58,330 bases of DNA from Planctomycetaceae bacterium (GCA_040376455.1 JBEIQP010000003.1:1-58330); one strand, 5' to 3'. Shown: positions 9,390-19,290, counted from the stretch's first letter. The notes: generated from the letters alone by a model not told the origin. Numbers and translations are program-made.

Positions 9390-10064
9390 ATGTCTTCACC
9401 GAAGCCGTCGGCACGGCTCACGACTTGGTGCGCGATCATCGGCTACTCGCTCGTGGCCTCGGGGCTTCCGCTGCCGCTCGGCGGTGGTGCGGCGGGCGGT
9501 GGCCGCGCCGACGCGGCGGTCGCCAAACGGCTGGCGGCCAAGGATCGCACGCAGCCGTTCCCCTGCATGGACAAGCCCTGCGGCTGCGCCACGGCCGAGC
9601 AGTGCTTCACGAAGTGCTGCTGCAACACGCCCGCGGAGACGCTCGCCTGGGCCCGGGCCCGGGCCGTCGAGCCGGCCCTGCTGGCGGCCCTCGAACGCCG
9701 CGCGGGGGCAGGGCCGTCGCCACGGGCCGACGCCGCTGAAGCCGCCTCCTGCTACAGCGATGCGGCCGAGGCCTCCTGCTGCTCCCGCGAGGCCGCGGCG
9801 ACGAGTTGCTGCGCCGCCCCGGAGGCGCCGCCGGAGCCGGCGCCCGAACCGGCGCCCGAGCCGCCGGGCCGTCGCGTGGTGCTCCGCGCCATGCTGGCCT
9901 GCGGCGGGATCCTCGCGCAGTGGTGCGGCGCCTGCGGATCCTTGCCGCCCCCGCCGGTCGTGACGGCGCTGCCGCTGCCGCTCGTCGAGGCGCTCGTCCT
10001 CGACGACCACACATCCGAGTGCCATCGCGCGTCTCCCGACGCGCCACCTCCGCGCGTGGCCTGA
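9390..10064 (+). CDS. Cys-rich hypothetical protein with N-terminal hydrophobic segment and C-terminal polyproline tail (candidate regulatory upstream ORF)
   Basis: 17 Cys including [23 protein letters not shown] and WCGAC. Ends [10 protein letters not shown]. Confidence 0.7.
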   Translation: MSSPKPSARLTTWCAIIGYSLVASGLPLPLGGGAAGGGRADAAVAKRLAAKDRTQPFPCMDKPCGCATAEQCFTKCCCNTPAETLAWARARAVEPALLAALERRAGAGPSPRADAAEAASCYSDAAEASCCSREAAATSCCAAPEAPPEPAPEPAPEPPGRRVVLRAMLACGGILAQWCGACGSLPPPPVVTALPLPLVEALVLDDHTSECHRASPDAPPPRVA

Positions 10065-10209
10065 GCTGGTTTTGGTTTGCCAGCCTGCCGGGGCGGCCGG
10101 GGTTCGTGCCCGCCGCCACCGTGGTCCGCGCCGTCTGCCGGCGCTCGCGCATCGGGTGCGAACGCGGCAGGCCGTGCGCCGTGCGCGCCTCGCATCACCG
10201 GAAGTCACC

Positions 10210-11433
10210 ATGAAGGAAGATCCGTTCGACGTCGGCTATCTGTCGAGCAAGCACCTCGTCCAGGGCGTGGACGACGCCCCGCCCATCGAGTTCCTCGACG
10301 ACATCGATCCCACGCCGCTCGACCCGACGCCGCCAGACGCCCCGCCGGGGGCGAACCGCGGCTTCACGCTCGTGGAGTTGCTCGTCGTGATCGCGATCAT
10401 CGGCGTGCTGCTGGGAATGCTGCTGCCCGCCGTGCAGTCGGCCCGCGACGCGGCCCGCCGCACGGCGTGCCTGAGCAATCTCCGCCAACTGTCGTTCGCG
10501 CTGTTGAATTACGAACTGGCCCGGCGGGCCTTCCCGCCCACCGATCTGCCCGGCGGCTTTTCGATCCAGGCCCGCCTCCTGCCCTACATGGAGGAAGCCG
10601 CCCTGCACGGGCTGCTCGACTTCACGGCGACCGCGACATCGACCACCTTCAACGCCCAGCGGCCGGCCCCCCGGTTCGCGGCGGCCTTCGCCACGCCGAT
10701 CCCGGTGCTGCTGTGCCCGGGCGACCCGGCGCCGGCGGTGACGACCGTGACGACCGTGGCTGGCGGGCCGTTCGACGTCGCCGGGCTCAACTACATGGTG
10801 AGCATGGGATCGGGCACGGGCACGTTCTACGATCAGCGCTGGCCCACCGACGGCATCGTCCACGAGCAGTCCCGGGTGCGGCTGTCGCAGGTCACCGACG
10901 GCTGTTCGCGGACCGTGTTCCTCAGCGAGACCGTGCGGAGCACCGGCGCCGACAGCACGCCCGGCACCGGGGTCGCTCCCCCGTTTCCCTATCAGAAGAC
11001 CCTCAACGGCTCGACCGGAGTCGCCAGCGCCAAACAGGCGACGCCCGGCTACGCCGCCACCGGCAGCCCCTGGTCGGCCGCGGCGGCGGGCGGCGTCATC
11101 CGCGATCCCGACCTCGAGGCGCTCTGGCCGCAGGTCGCCTCGCCCACGTGGCGCGGCGCCAACACGAACACGCTGCGCGGCCGCGGCTCGTCGTGGGCGA
11201 CGACGGGCGCGGCCAACACCCTCACCAACGGCTACCTCACGCCCAACAGCCGGACTCCGGACGTGATCATCCACGCCACGGGGTTCTTCGGTCCGCGGAG
11301 CCACCACCGGGGCGGCGCGACGGTCGCCTTCGGCGATGGATCGGCGCGGCTGTTGTCCGATGCGATCGACGCCTCCGTGCACCGCAGCCTCCACAGCCGC
11401 AACGGCGGCGAGGCGGTGGCCGAGGATCCGTGA
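10210..11433 (+). CDS. DUF1559 prepilin-type N-terminal cleavage/methylation domain protein
   Basis: RG|[57 protein letters not shown]-terminal H-X9-DG ([12 protein letters not shown]). Confidence 0.95.
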   Translation: MKEDPFDVGYLSSKHLVQGVDDAPPIEFLDDIDPTPLDPTPPDAPPGANRGFTLVELLVVIAIIGVLLGMLLPAVQSARDAARRTACLSNLRQLSFALLNYELARRAFPPTDLPGGFSIQARLLPYMEEAALHGLLDFTATATSTTFNAQRPAPRFAAAFATPIPVLLCPGDPAPAVTTVTTVAGGPFDVAGLNYMVSMGSGTGTFYDQRWPTDGIVHEQSRVRLSQVTDGCSRTVFLSETVRSTGADSTPGTGVAPPFPYQKTLNGSTGVASAKQATPGYAATGSPWSAAAAGGVIRDPDLEALWPQVASPTWRGANTNTLRGRGSSWATTGAANTLTNGYLTPNSRTPDVIIHATGFFGPRSHHRGGATVAFGDGSARLLSDAIDASVHRSLHSRNGGEAVAEDP

Positions 11434-11509
11434 CCGTGACCCGACCCCGCCGCCGATCTCCCCGCCCGCGTCATTCCCGGACCGCCTTCCCCCGAGAGCC
11501 CTGCAAACC

Positions 11510-12325
11510 ATGAACCTGAAGCCCCGCTCGCTCCGCGCCCTCCTGCCGTTGGTCTGCCTGCCCGTCGCGGTCGTCGCCGGCGTCGGCGCCGCCCACGACA
11601 CCTGGGTGCAGACGGCGGCGACGCTCGTTCGTCCCGACGATGTCGTGCACGTGGACCTGGTGCTGGGCAACCACGGCAACGACCATCGCGACTTCAAGAT
11701 CGCCGGCAAGCTCGGCTCGCTCGAGGGCGTCTCGCTGGCGGTGCTCGGCCCGGGCGGCCGGAAGACCGACCTCGTGCCCGACCTCGTCGATCTGGGCTAC
11801 GCGCCCAAGGAGGGCTTCTGGTCCGCCCGGTTCGTCGCCGCCGACGAGGGGTTGCACTGCATCGCGCACACCCGCGAGGGGGTGCGTCATGCGAGTCGTG
11901 GAATCAAGAGCGCGAAGGCGTACTTCCTCGCGACGCCGGCGCTCGACAAGGCCCCGGCACCGACGCAGGAGTTCGCGGAGCCGCTCGGGCATCCGCTGGA
12001 ACTCGTTGTGGAGACCCACCCTGTCTTGGACTGCGGGCCGGGCCGACCGATCGCGGTGCGGCTCCTGTGGCGCGGAAAACCCCTGGCCGACCACCGGGTG
12101 TCGTTCATCCCCCGCGGCGCCACGTTGAAGGAGGGCTTCGATCCCGAGTACGAACGGCACACCGATGCCGCGGGCCGCTGCACCTACACGCCGGCCGAGG
12201 GCACCTTCATCCTCGTCGTCGCCCATCGGATCGAGGCCGACGAGAAGGGGGAGGGGTTCGACAAGACGTCGTACAGCGCCACGCTCGTCCTCAACGTGCC
12301 GCAGCGATGCGCGTGCTGCGACTGA
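11510..12325 (+). CDS. DUF4198 family periplasmic protein (NikM/CbiL-associated metal-uptake type)
   Basis: Signal peptide then AHDTW, GNHGNDH, AKAY, PLGHPLELV, GKPLA, TDAAG, YSATL. Ends RCACCD. Confidence 0.85.
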   Translation: MNLKPRSLRALLPLVCLPVAVVAGVGAAHDTWVQTAATLVRPDDVVHVDLVLGNHGNDHRDFKIAGKLGSLEGVSLAVLGPGGRKTDLVPDLVDLGYAPKEGFWSARFVAADEGLHCIAHTREGVRHASRGIKSAKAYFLATPALDKAPAPTQEFAEPLGHPLELVVETHPVLDCGPGRPIAVRLLWRGKPLADHRVSFIPRGATLKEGFDPEYERHTDAAGRCTYTPAEGTFILVVAHRIEADEKGEGFDKTSYSATLVLNVPQRCACCD

Positions 12326-12344
12326 CGCGCCGGCGGCCGATCCT

Positions 12345-13043
12345 TCAGGCGAGCCGCGCGGCCAGCGCGATCGCGGCGGTCTCCACCCGGAGGATGTGGG
12401 GGCCGAGGCCGACCCGCGTGGCGGCCGCGCGATCGGCGGCGGCGAGTTCGTCGGCCGTGAGCCCGCCCTCGGGCCCGACGAGCGCCACGACCTCCGCCAC
12501 CCCGGCCCGCACGGCGGCCGCATCGACCGCCGGTGCGGCCGGATCGGCGACGACCACGCGGCGGCCGGAGCCCGACTCCCCCAGCAGCGTTGCGAGCGAC
12601 CGCGGCTCGGCGATCTCCATGAGCGTGTTGCGGCCGCACTGCTTGCAGGCCTCGAGCACGCCCCGCTCGAGCCGCGCCCGCGCGCCGGCGGTGGCCTCGG
12701 CCACGCCCCGCGTGGTTTCGAGCGGGACGAGCCGCGCGACGCCGAGTTCGGTCAGTTTCTCGACCATCCATTTCTGACGCTCACCCTTCGGCAGCGCCAC
12801 GGCGAGCGTCAGGCTCGGGCCGGCCGCCGGAGCATCGGGCCGCGCCGGACCGAGTTCGACCTCGACCTCGTCGCGGCCGATCCGCACGATCCGCGCGGGC
12901 CACTCGACGCCGTCACCGGCGAAGACCACGACCTCGTCGCCGACCCGCGCCCGCAGCACGCGGCCGAGATGCCGCGCCTCGTCGGCCTCGAGCACGCCTC
13001 GACCGTCGCGGGGCGGCGCGGCGAGAAAAAATCGTTCGCTCAT
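12345..13043 (-). CDS. rsmE: 16S rRNA m3U1498 methyltransferase
   Basis: EARHLGRVLR, KWMVEKLTELGV, EACKQCGRN, VGPEGG, LGPHILRVETAA. Confidence 0.95.
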   Translation of the reverse strand: MSERFFLAAPPRDGRGVLEADEARHLGRVLRARVGDEVVVFAGDGVEWPARIVRIGRDEVEVELGPARPDAPAAGPSLTLAVALPKGERQKWMVEKLTELGVARLVPLETTRGVAEATAGARARLERGVLEACKQCGRNTLMEIAEPRSLATLLGESGSGRRVVVADPAAPAVDAAAVRAGVAEVVALVGPEGGLTADELAAADRAAATRVGLGPHILRVETAAIALAARLA

Positions 13044-13126
13044 GTGGGGGCACCGGCGGATCGCCCGAAAAAAACGGGCCGCACTCGTCCTGACCCGGAC
13101 GTCCCGGATCGCTACACTCCGCCGCC

Positions 13127-14032
13127 ATGGTACGCGATCATCGGCCCTTCACCGCCCCTCCCTTCGACGGCTCCCTGGAGCCGGCGGCCTTCCATCTGGG
13201 GCCGCCGCAGGAGGAGGCGTTGGCCCGGCTCGAGTGGCTCGCCGACAACCGCGAGCGGTGCGGCCTCGTCGTCGGCGCCGACGGCATGGGCAAGAGCCAC
13301 CTGGCGGCGATGGCCGCGCGGCGTTTGGGCGGGCTGGGGGCCGAGGTGGCCGTGCTCTCGCTGGGGGGCCTGTCCGCGGGGGACTGGATCGAGCTGTTGC
13401 TCGAGCGGCTGCCGCTCGATCATCGGAGCCGTGCCGAGCCGCTGCGTCCCTGGCAGAAGTTGGAAAACCGGCTCCGCGAAAACGCGTTGCTCGAGCGGAC
13501 CACGGCGCTCGTCTTCGACGACATCGACCGCGCGCCGGCCGACGCCCTCGACGGCATCGCGCGGCTCGTGGCCGCCGTCGAACCGCGGTTCAGCCGCACC
13601 CTCGTGGTGGCGACGACGGGGCCGGCGGGGCTTTCCCGCGTGCCCGACGCCATCCGGCAGCGGGTGGCGGTGCGCATCGAGTTGACCCCGTGGAACGTCG
13701 ACGAGGTGGAGGCATTCATCGCCGACGGGCTGCGGCGGTGTGGTGGCGACGCCGACGCCTTTTCCCCCGAGGCGATCGCCACGCTCACCCGCTTCGCAGG
13801 CGGCGTGCCCCGGATCGTGTGCCGGCTGGCGCGGCTCGCCCTGGTGGCCGCGCTGGGCGATCGGCTCGACGTCGTCGATGCGGCGACGATCGAGCGGGTG
13901 TGGCGGGAGCTCTCGCCCGCGGCGGGGCCCGACGCCACGCGGTCCGCGGCCACCGCGGCGCTTTCCGGCGGGGCCGATGACGAGCCCGTGGCCAATCCGC
14001 AAGTCCGGGCCGTGCGGCGGCTCTGGGGCTGA
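13127..14032 (+). CDS. ExeA/GspA-like AAA ATPase
   Basis: QEEALARL, Walker A GADGMGKS, Walker B LVFDD, GGVPRIVCRLARLAL. Confidence 0.85.
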   Translation: MVRDHRPFTAPPFDGSLEPAAFHLGPPQEEALARLEWLADNRERCGLVVGADGMGKSHLAAMAARRLGGLGAEVAVLSLGGLSAGDWIELLLERLPLDHRSRAEPLRPWQKLENRLRENALLERTTALVFDDIDRAPADALDGIARLVAAVEPRFSRTLVVATTGPAGLSRVPDAIRQRVAVRIELTPWNVDEVEAFIADGLRRCGGDADAFSPEAIATLTRFAGGVPRIVCRLARLALVAALGDRLDVVDAATIERVWRELSPAAGPDATRSAATAALSGGADDEPVANPQVRAVRRLWG

Positions 14033-14083
14033 TACGGCTCACACCCGAACGCCGTCAGTGCATGCGATCACAGGAGCACGCTC

Positions 14084-14300
14084 GTGGCCCGATATCGCCG
14101 TCGTGCATTCGTTCTGGTTGCGATGTGCGTGGTCCTGCCCTCCAGCCGAGCAGCCGACCCGTTTTGGGGTGCGGATCCAGCATGGAGCCTGATCCATGAA
14201 CCCGCGGTCGAAAAGGAACTGAAACTCTCGCCTGCCCAGCCGGGAAAAAGCCGCAGACGCCGGTTTCGCATTTCCGGTGCTGATCGACAACCCAGAGTCT
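14084..14300 (+). pseudogene. Relic of a secreted helical-repeat/redoxin protein with an internal deletion
   Basis: Signal peptide plus LIHEPAVEKELKLSPAQ, then a frame change into REKAADAGFAFPVLID (redoxin-like). No intact ORF. Confidence 0.45.
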
Positions 14301-14503
14301 CCACAGCCTCCGACGGCGCGAGCCGAAGCCGAGGTTTGGCTCGACCTCCACGCCAGCCTCCGGCTGACCGAACCGCTTCCGGGCGTCAAGTTGGGCGCTG
14401 TGGCGGATCTGGCTCAGCCCACACTCGGAAGGATGGAGATTTCCGTTCGGCCGGCCGTTGAGAGAAGAGGGTGTATGGGCGGAACGGTTCGGGGTATGCC
14501 GCG

Positions 14504-15361
14504 ATGCAACGGCTGTTCGTGGTACTGGTGGCGGTTTTGTGCACCTCCGGTGCACGAGCCCATGCCGGCGATGATCTCGGGCAACGCATCGAAGCACTCG
14601 GTGCCCCCATCGATCTCCGGCAGCCGGACGAAGCGTCGGCGTGGGACGATCTGCTAGAAGAGGTCGGCCTTTCCGACCGTGCGAGCGTCGCGCCACGGCT
14701 CTACGTCGCCGGCATCATCGGCAACTCCTTCGCCACCCTCGCCACCCCCCTTGGTCCCGACGGGAGTGGAACGGGTGATCCATCGCCAAGTCCTGCCGCC
14801 AACCAATCGCTGTTCACTGCGGGCGGAGCCATCGGCCTGGCATTCGAGGCACTCGACCGAGACTGGCGGGTGGAGTTCGAAGGCCGAGGGCGGAACAACC
14901 TCGTCAGCAACCGCACGAGTACGTTTGACTCTCTTGTCGGCCCAGAAACCTATCTGTTCACCACGACCGCACAAAACGGCTGGTCCACGATGGTCAATCT
15001 GTGGCGGGACTACGAACTCTCGGGCCGGTGGACCGTGTACGTCGGCGGTGGCGTCGGGGCTGGCGGCTACCAGTTCACCTATCGGAAGTTCGATCCCACC
15101 GACAACTATCAGGTTTCCACGTCGCCTCAGGTGAGTGCTTTCGCGTGGCAGGCGGGTGGGGGCACCGCCTATGCGATCAGCGATCGCATCACCCTCGATA
15201 TCGGATACCGCTTCTTTCAGATCGCCACCAGCACTTCGACCGCTGTGGTCTCCTATGTGCCCGGGCCGCCCGTGGGAAGCGAGGTCGTCGGGTCTGCATT
15301 CAGTGCCAGCGAACTGTTCTTCGCATTCCGCATCTACGAGCCGTTCCGCAACTGGCGGTAG
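14504..15361 (+). CDS. Outer-membrane beta-barrel protein (opacity/OmpW-like)
   Basis: Signal peptide, WRVEFEGRGR, WSTMVNLWRD, YVGGGVG, FAWQAGGG, ITLDIGYRF. Visibly more A/T-ending codons than neighbouring genes. Confidence 0.85.
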   Translation: MQRLFVVLVAVLCTSGARAHAGDDLGQRIEALGAPIDLRQPDEASAWDDLLEEVGLSDRASVAPRLYVAGIIGNSFATLATPLGPDGSGTGDPSPSPAANQSLFTAGGAIGLAFEALDRDWRVEFEGRGRNNLVSNRTSTFDSLVGPETYLFTTTAQNGWSTMVNLWRDYELSGRWTVYVGGGVGAGGYQFTYRKFDPTDNYQVSTSPQVSAFAWQAGGGTAYAISDRITLDIGYRFFQIATSTSTAVVSYVPGPPVGSEVVGSAFSASELFFAFRIYEPFRNWR

Positions 15362-15448
15362 CAGATCAGCCATCGCGCGGTGCGGAATACCGCTGATCGC
15401 ACCATGGCTCGTCGTCTTCCGCGAGACGCCCCCTGGAGAAGTCCGGCC

Positions 15449-16105
15449 ATGACGCTGCCTTCCGACTACCGCATCAGGCTGATGCAGCCGTCGGATTATG
15501 CCGCCATCGGCGAGATCTGCCGCGTGGTCTATCCGCACGACACGCCCTACACCGCCGAGGAACTGGCCGAGCACCACGCGGTGTTTCCCCAGGGACAGTT
15601 CGTGGCCGAGCACGTGCCGACGGGACAGCCGGTGGGCGTGCACTTCACCCTGCGGATTCGCATGGCCGACTTCCACGTGGACGACTCATGGGATGTGCTC
15701 ACCGCCCGCGGCACGTTCAGCGACCACGACCCCGCCGGCCCCACGCTGTACGGCGCCGACGTGTTCGTGAGCCCCGAGCACCAGCATCATGGGCTCGCGC
15801 ATGCCCTGACCGACGCGACCCGCGGCCTGGTGGTCGAAGAGAACCTCTGGCGGATGGTCGGCGGCAGCCGACTGCCCGGCTACGCCGCCGTCGCCAGCAC
15901 CGTGCCCCCCGACGACTATGTTCGGGAGGTGGTCGCCGGCTTGCGGAACGATCCCGTGCTGTCAGCGCATCTGAAAGACGGCTGGCAGGTCGTGAAGCCC
16001 ATTCATGGCTATCTGCAGCACGACCTGGAGAGCGCCAACTGGGCGGCGGTGATCCAGTGGGTAAACCCCGATCGCCCGCCACCGCCGGAGTGCGCGCTCC
16101 GTTGA
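15449..16105 (+). CDS. GNAT family N-acetyltransferase (type also found fused to C-N hydrolases)
   Basis: HHAVFPQGQFVAE, HDPAGPTLYGADVFVSPE, GGSRLPGY, DPVLS, YLQHDLES. Confidence 0.88.
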   Translation: MTLPSDYRIRLMQPSDYAAIGEICRVVYPHDTPYTAEELAEHHAVFPQGQFVAEHVPTGQPVGVHFTLRIRMADFHVDDSWDVLTARGTFSDHDPAGPTLYGADVFVSPEHQHHGLAHALTDATRGLVVEENLWRMVGGSRLPGYAAVASTVPPDDYVREVVAGLRNDPVLSAHLKDGWQVVKPIHGYLQHDLESANWAAVIQWVNPDRPPPPECALR

Positions 16106-16269
16106 GTCGGTTCGCCGCCAGCAGGCCTGGCCAAACGCGGATTTCGTCCCTTGGATTGCCGCGCGACCGGTGGCGTGGACCGCCGTGACGGTCCCCGGTC
16201 GGCCGCCGTGCCTGGCCCGCCACACGCAACTGTTTGGCCGAAAGCGGCGGCGGCTTTATCTTGAACGGG

Positions 16270-17211
16270 ATGACGACATTCGATGACTTCGACGCCTGGG
16301 CCGATGCCATCCGCGGCGCGAACCTGCAACTGACCTGTGACCGGGTCGAGACGCCCGCGTGGACGCTGGGCATGCTCCCTCTCGGCGACGTGGCGCTCCA
16401 GGTCGCGGGCGAGGGCGGCGGCAACATCTGCTACGGCGCGAACACGCACACGGGGCCGATCCTGTTCGTGCCGCTCACGCATGCAGGTGAGCATCTCGTG
16501 AACGGGATTTCACTCGACGAGGAATCGCTGCTGGTCATTCCCCGCGGCGCCGACTTCAGCATCCGCGTAAGCCGCTGGGCCCACGCCTGGTGCTCGGTGG
16601 CCCTTCCCGCCAGCGTCTCGCTCGCGGCCGAGCACATCTTCGGCAGCAGGCGGGCGACCTGCCCCCCAGGCTCGGTGCCGGCCCTCCGTCGGCTGGTGCA
16701 CGAGGTCGCTGCGGCCCTGCTCGATCAGCCCACCGGCACCCTGGCCCACGAGGCGGCCGGGCGCGACATCCTCGCCGCGGCCGCGGCCTGCCTGGCCGCT
16801 CCACCGCCACCGCCGCCGCGCGGCGTGACGGGCCGACCGCGGCTCGATCGTGCGGCGATCATCCGCCGGGCCATGGAGGCGATCGATACCGCCCCGACGC
16901 TGCCGACGGCGGCCGAACTCGCCCGGCAAACCGAGGTTCATGACCGCACGCTGCTGCGGACGTTCCAGGAAACGTTCGGCATCGCGCCGAAGCAGTACCT
17001 CATGCTGCGGCAACTCCACCAACTTCGGCGCATCCTGGCCGCCCAGCCGGCTGACGACACGACCGTGGCCGACGTGCTGACCCGGCACGGCATCTGGGAG
17101 TTTGGCCGGTTCTCGGGCCGCTACCGCCGGCACTTCGGCGAACTGCCGTCGGAAACGCTCGCGCGGGCCCGCGCAGGACGTAGCCGTCGTTCGCCGCCGG
17201 TCCGGCGGTGA
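16270..17211 (+). CDS. AraC family transcriptional regulator (EutR-like)
   Basis: C-terminal double HTH: ELARQTEVHDRTLLRTFQETFGIAPKQY and GIWEFGRFSGRYRRHFGELPSETL. Confidence 0.92.
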   Translation: MTTFDDFDAWADAIRGANLQLTCDRVETPAWTLGMLPLGDVALQVAGEGGGNICYGANTHTGPILFVPLTHAGEHLVNGISLDEESLLVIPRGADFSIRVSRWAHAWCSVALPASVSLAAEHIFGSRRATCPPGSVPALRRLVHEVAAALLDQPTGTLAHEAAGRDILAAAAACLAAPPPPPPRGVTGRPRLDRAAIIRRAMEAIDTAPTLPTAAELARQTEVHDRTLLRTFQETFGIAPKQYLMLRQLHQLRRILAAQPADDTTVADVLTRHGIWEFGRFSGRYRRHFGELPSETLARARAGRSRRSPPVRR

Positions 17212-17212
17212 C

Positions 17213-18775
17213 TCAGCGGCCCGTTCCCGACGCCGCCGTGACCGCCTCCATCACCCGATCGAGGTTGAAGCTCCCGGGTTTCTGACGCGGCGGAAACTCC
17301 CGGAAACTCTGCAGCCACTCGCCCACGTGGGCCGAGGCGGGCGCGATGGCGAACATGTGCTCGAGATACCACCGCTGGTAGTCCATGCCGATGTCCTGGG
17401 CGAGCTCGAACGGATCCATCCGCAGGTTCACGAGCGTCGGGGCCCGCAGTACCTCGAACGGCTGCTGCCACACGTGCATTCCGTGGGCGTTTTGCTTCAA
17501 GAATGTCACCTTCCAGTTCTCGTAGCGGAGCGCGGCCACGCTGCCGTCGTCGGTCCAGTAGATGAAGTCCTTCCGCGGCCAAGAAGCCTCGCCGCGCAGG
17601 GCCGGGCCGAGATCATGGCCGTCGATGTGCACCTTGTAGGTTCGGTCGCCGATGCGGCGGCCCTTCTTGAGTTCCTCCGTGGCCGTCGCGTCGCCGGCGG
17701 CGGCACAGAGCGTGGGGAGCATGTCCTCGTGGGCGCCGATGTCGTTGATCACCGTGCCCGGCTTGATGACGCCCGGCCACCGGATCGCGCACGGCACCCG
17801 GTAGCCACCTTCCCACTGCGTGTTCTTCTCGCCGCGGAACATCGTGGTGCCGCCGTCGGGCCAAGTGAAGGCCTCGGCTCCGTTGTCGGTCGAGTACATC
17901 ACGATCGTGTTGTCGGCCAGCCCGAGTTCCTCGAGCTTGGCGAGCACCTCGCCCACCTGGCGGTCGTGCTCGACCATGCCGTCGGCGTAGATGCCCAGAC
18001 CGGTCTTCCGCGCCACGCCCTCCTTGAGGTGCGTGAAGATGTGCATCTTCGTCGAGTTCCACCAGATGAAGAACGGCTTGCCGCTCTTCTTCGCCCGCTC
18101 CATGAAGTCGAAGGTCTTGGTGTTGACCTCCTCGTCGATCGTCTCCATCCGCTTCCGGGTGAGCGGACCGGTGTCGGTAATCCGGCCGTCGGCGAAGGAG
18201 TGGATCACGCCCCGCGGCCCAAACCTCTTCTTGAACTCCGGATTCTTCGGGTAGTCGGGATGCTCCGGCTCCTCCTCGGCATTCAGGTGGTAGAGGTTGC
18301 CGAAGAACTCGTCGAAGCCGTGCTTGGTCGGCAGCATGTCGTCGCGGTCGCCGAGGTGGTTCTTGCCGAACTGGCCGGTTGCGTAGCCACGGGCCCGCAG
18401 GAGCGTTGCGATCGTGGGATCCTCGGGCTTCATGCCTTCAGGGGCGCCCGGCAGCCCGACCTTCGTGAGCCCGGTGCGGATCGGCGCCTGCCCGGTGATG
18501 AAGGCGGCGCGGCCGGCCGTGCAACTCTGCTGGCCGTACCAGTCGGTGAACAGCGCACCCTCGCGGGCGATGCGGTCGATGTTGGGCGTCTTGTAGCCCA
18601 TCATGCCGTGGTTGTAGGCGCCCACGTTGAACTGCCCGATGTCGTCCCCCCAGATCACGAGGATGTTGGGCTGCCGCGCGGGCTCGGCGGCGGACGCCGT
18701 CGCTATCGCACCGACGGAGGCGATCAGCAGGGCGACGCAGGCAAGGCGAGCGGGGAAGCGGGAGTGCGAACGCAT
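17213..18775 (-). CDS. Arylsulfatase (Cys-type formylglycine sulfatase), secreted
   Basis: Signal peptide, PNILVIWGDDIG, SCTAGRAAFITG (CxAxR), GQFGKNHLGD, STDNG, GEK..WEGGYRVP. Confidence 0.95.
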   Translation of the reverse strand: MRSHSRFPARLACVALLIASVGAIATASAAEPARQPNILVIWGDDIGQFNVGAYNHGMMGYKTPNIDRIAREGALFTDWYGQQSCTAGRAAFITGQAPIRTGLTKVGLPGAPEGMKPEDPTIATLLRARGYATGQFGKNHLGDRDDMLPTKHGFDEFFGNLYHLNAEEEPEHPDYPKNPEFKKRFGPRGVIHSFADGRITDTGPLTRKRMETIDEEVNTKTFDFMERAKKSGKPFFIWWNSTKMHIFTHLKEGVARKTGLGIYADGMVEHDRQVGEVLAKLEELGLADNTIVMYSTDNGAEAFTWPDGGTTMFRGEKNTQWEGGYRVPCAIRWPGVIKPGTVINDIGAHEDMLPTLCAAAGDATATEELKKGRRIGDRTYKVHIDGHDLGPALRGEASWPRKDFIYWTDDGSVAALRYENWKVTFLKQNAHGMHVWQQPFEVLRAPTLVNLRMDPFELAQDIGMDYQRWYLEHMFAIAPASAHVGEWLQSFREFPPRQKPGSFNLDRVMEAVTAASGTGR

Positions 18776-18929
18776 CGGATGAAAAACTCCAGGGGACTGC
18801 GGAAGTGCAAAGATCTTACGGTTCGGTCGCGGGTTCGTGCCATGCTCTATCCGCCAAAACCGCAGGGCCTCCGCCCCGACGATTGAGGCTGCCGGCGTAG
18901 GGCCGCTACGATTCCCGGCGATCTGCAGG

Positions 18930-19290
18930 GACGGCTGGGTGGGAGTGCCGTCTCGGTCCTGGGTGGCATGCCCATCCGGGGCATTCTCTGGGATCAGGGG
19001 GAGAGCGGCGGCGGCGGCGCATGGGATCCGGCCGACCCGGTCACAAGTTACGCGGACCGGTTCGCACCGCTGCCCAAGAACGTTCCCCCGAATGACGTCG
19101 GCCACACGATCGATGGGAACAGCGTCCGGGTGCGGTTCACGCACGTGGGGCAGGGACTCGCGTGCAGGCACGCCGAGCAGCTGCATGGCTTCGCCGTGGC
19201 CGGAGCGGACGGGCACTTCCACTGGGCCGCGGCGCGCGAAACGGCGCCGATCGTAGTGGTCGTATCAGGACCGTCTCGCGGCTCGCGCGG
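18930..19290 (+). pseudogene. Collapsed relic of a sialate O-acetylesterase (SASA/SGNH) gene
   Basis: Blocks IRGILWDQGESG, AWDPADPVT and VRVRFTHVGQGLA..LHGFAVAGADGHFHWAAA are joined with the intervening parts missing. No N-terminal domains. Confidence 0.7.

Noticed and set aside
9730-9865. Short tandem repeats (AEAASC/AEASCC; [11 protein letters not shown])
   Set aside because: Low-complexity linker within the Cys-rich CDS, not an independent element.
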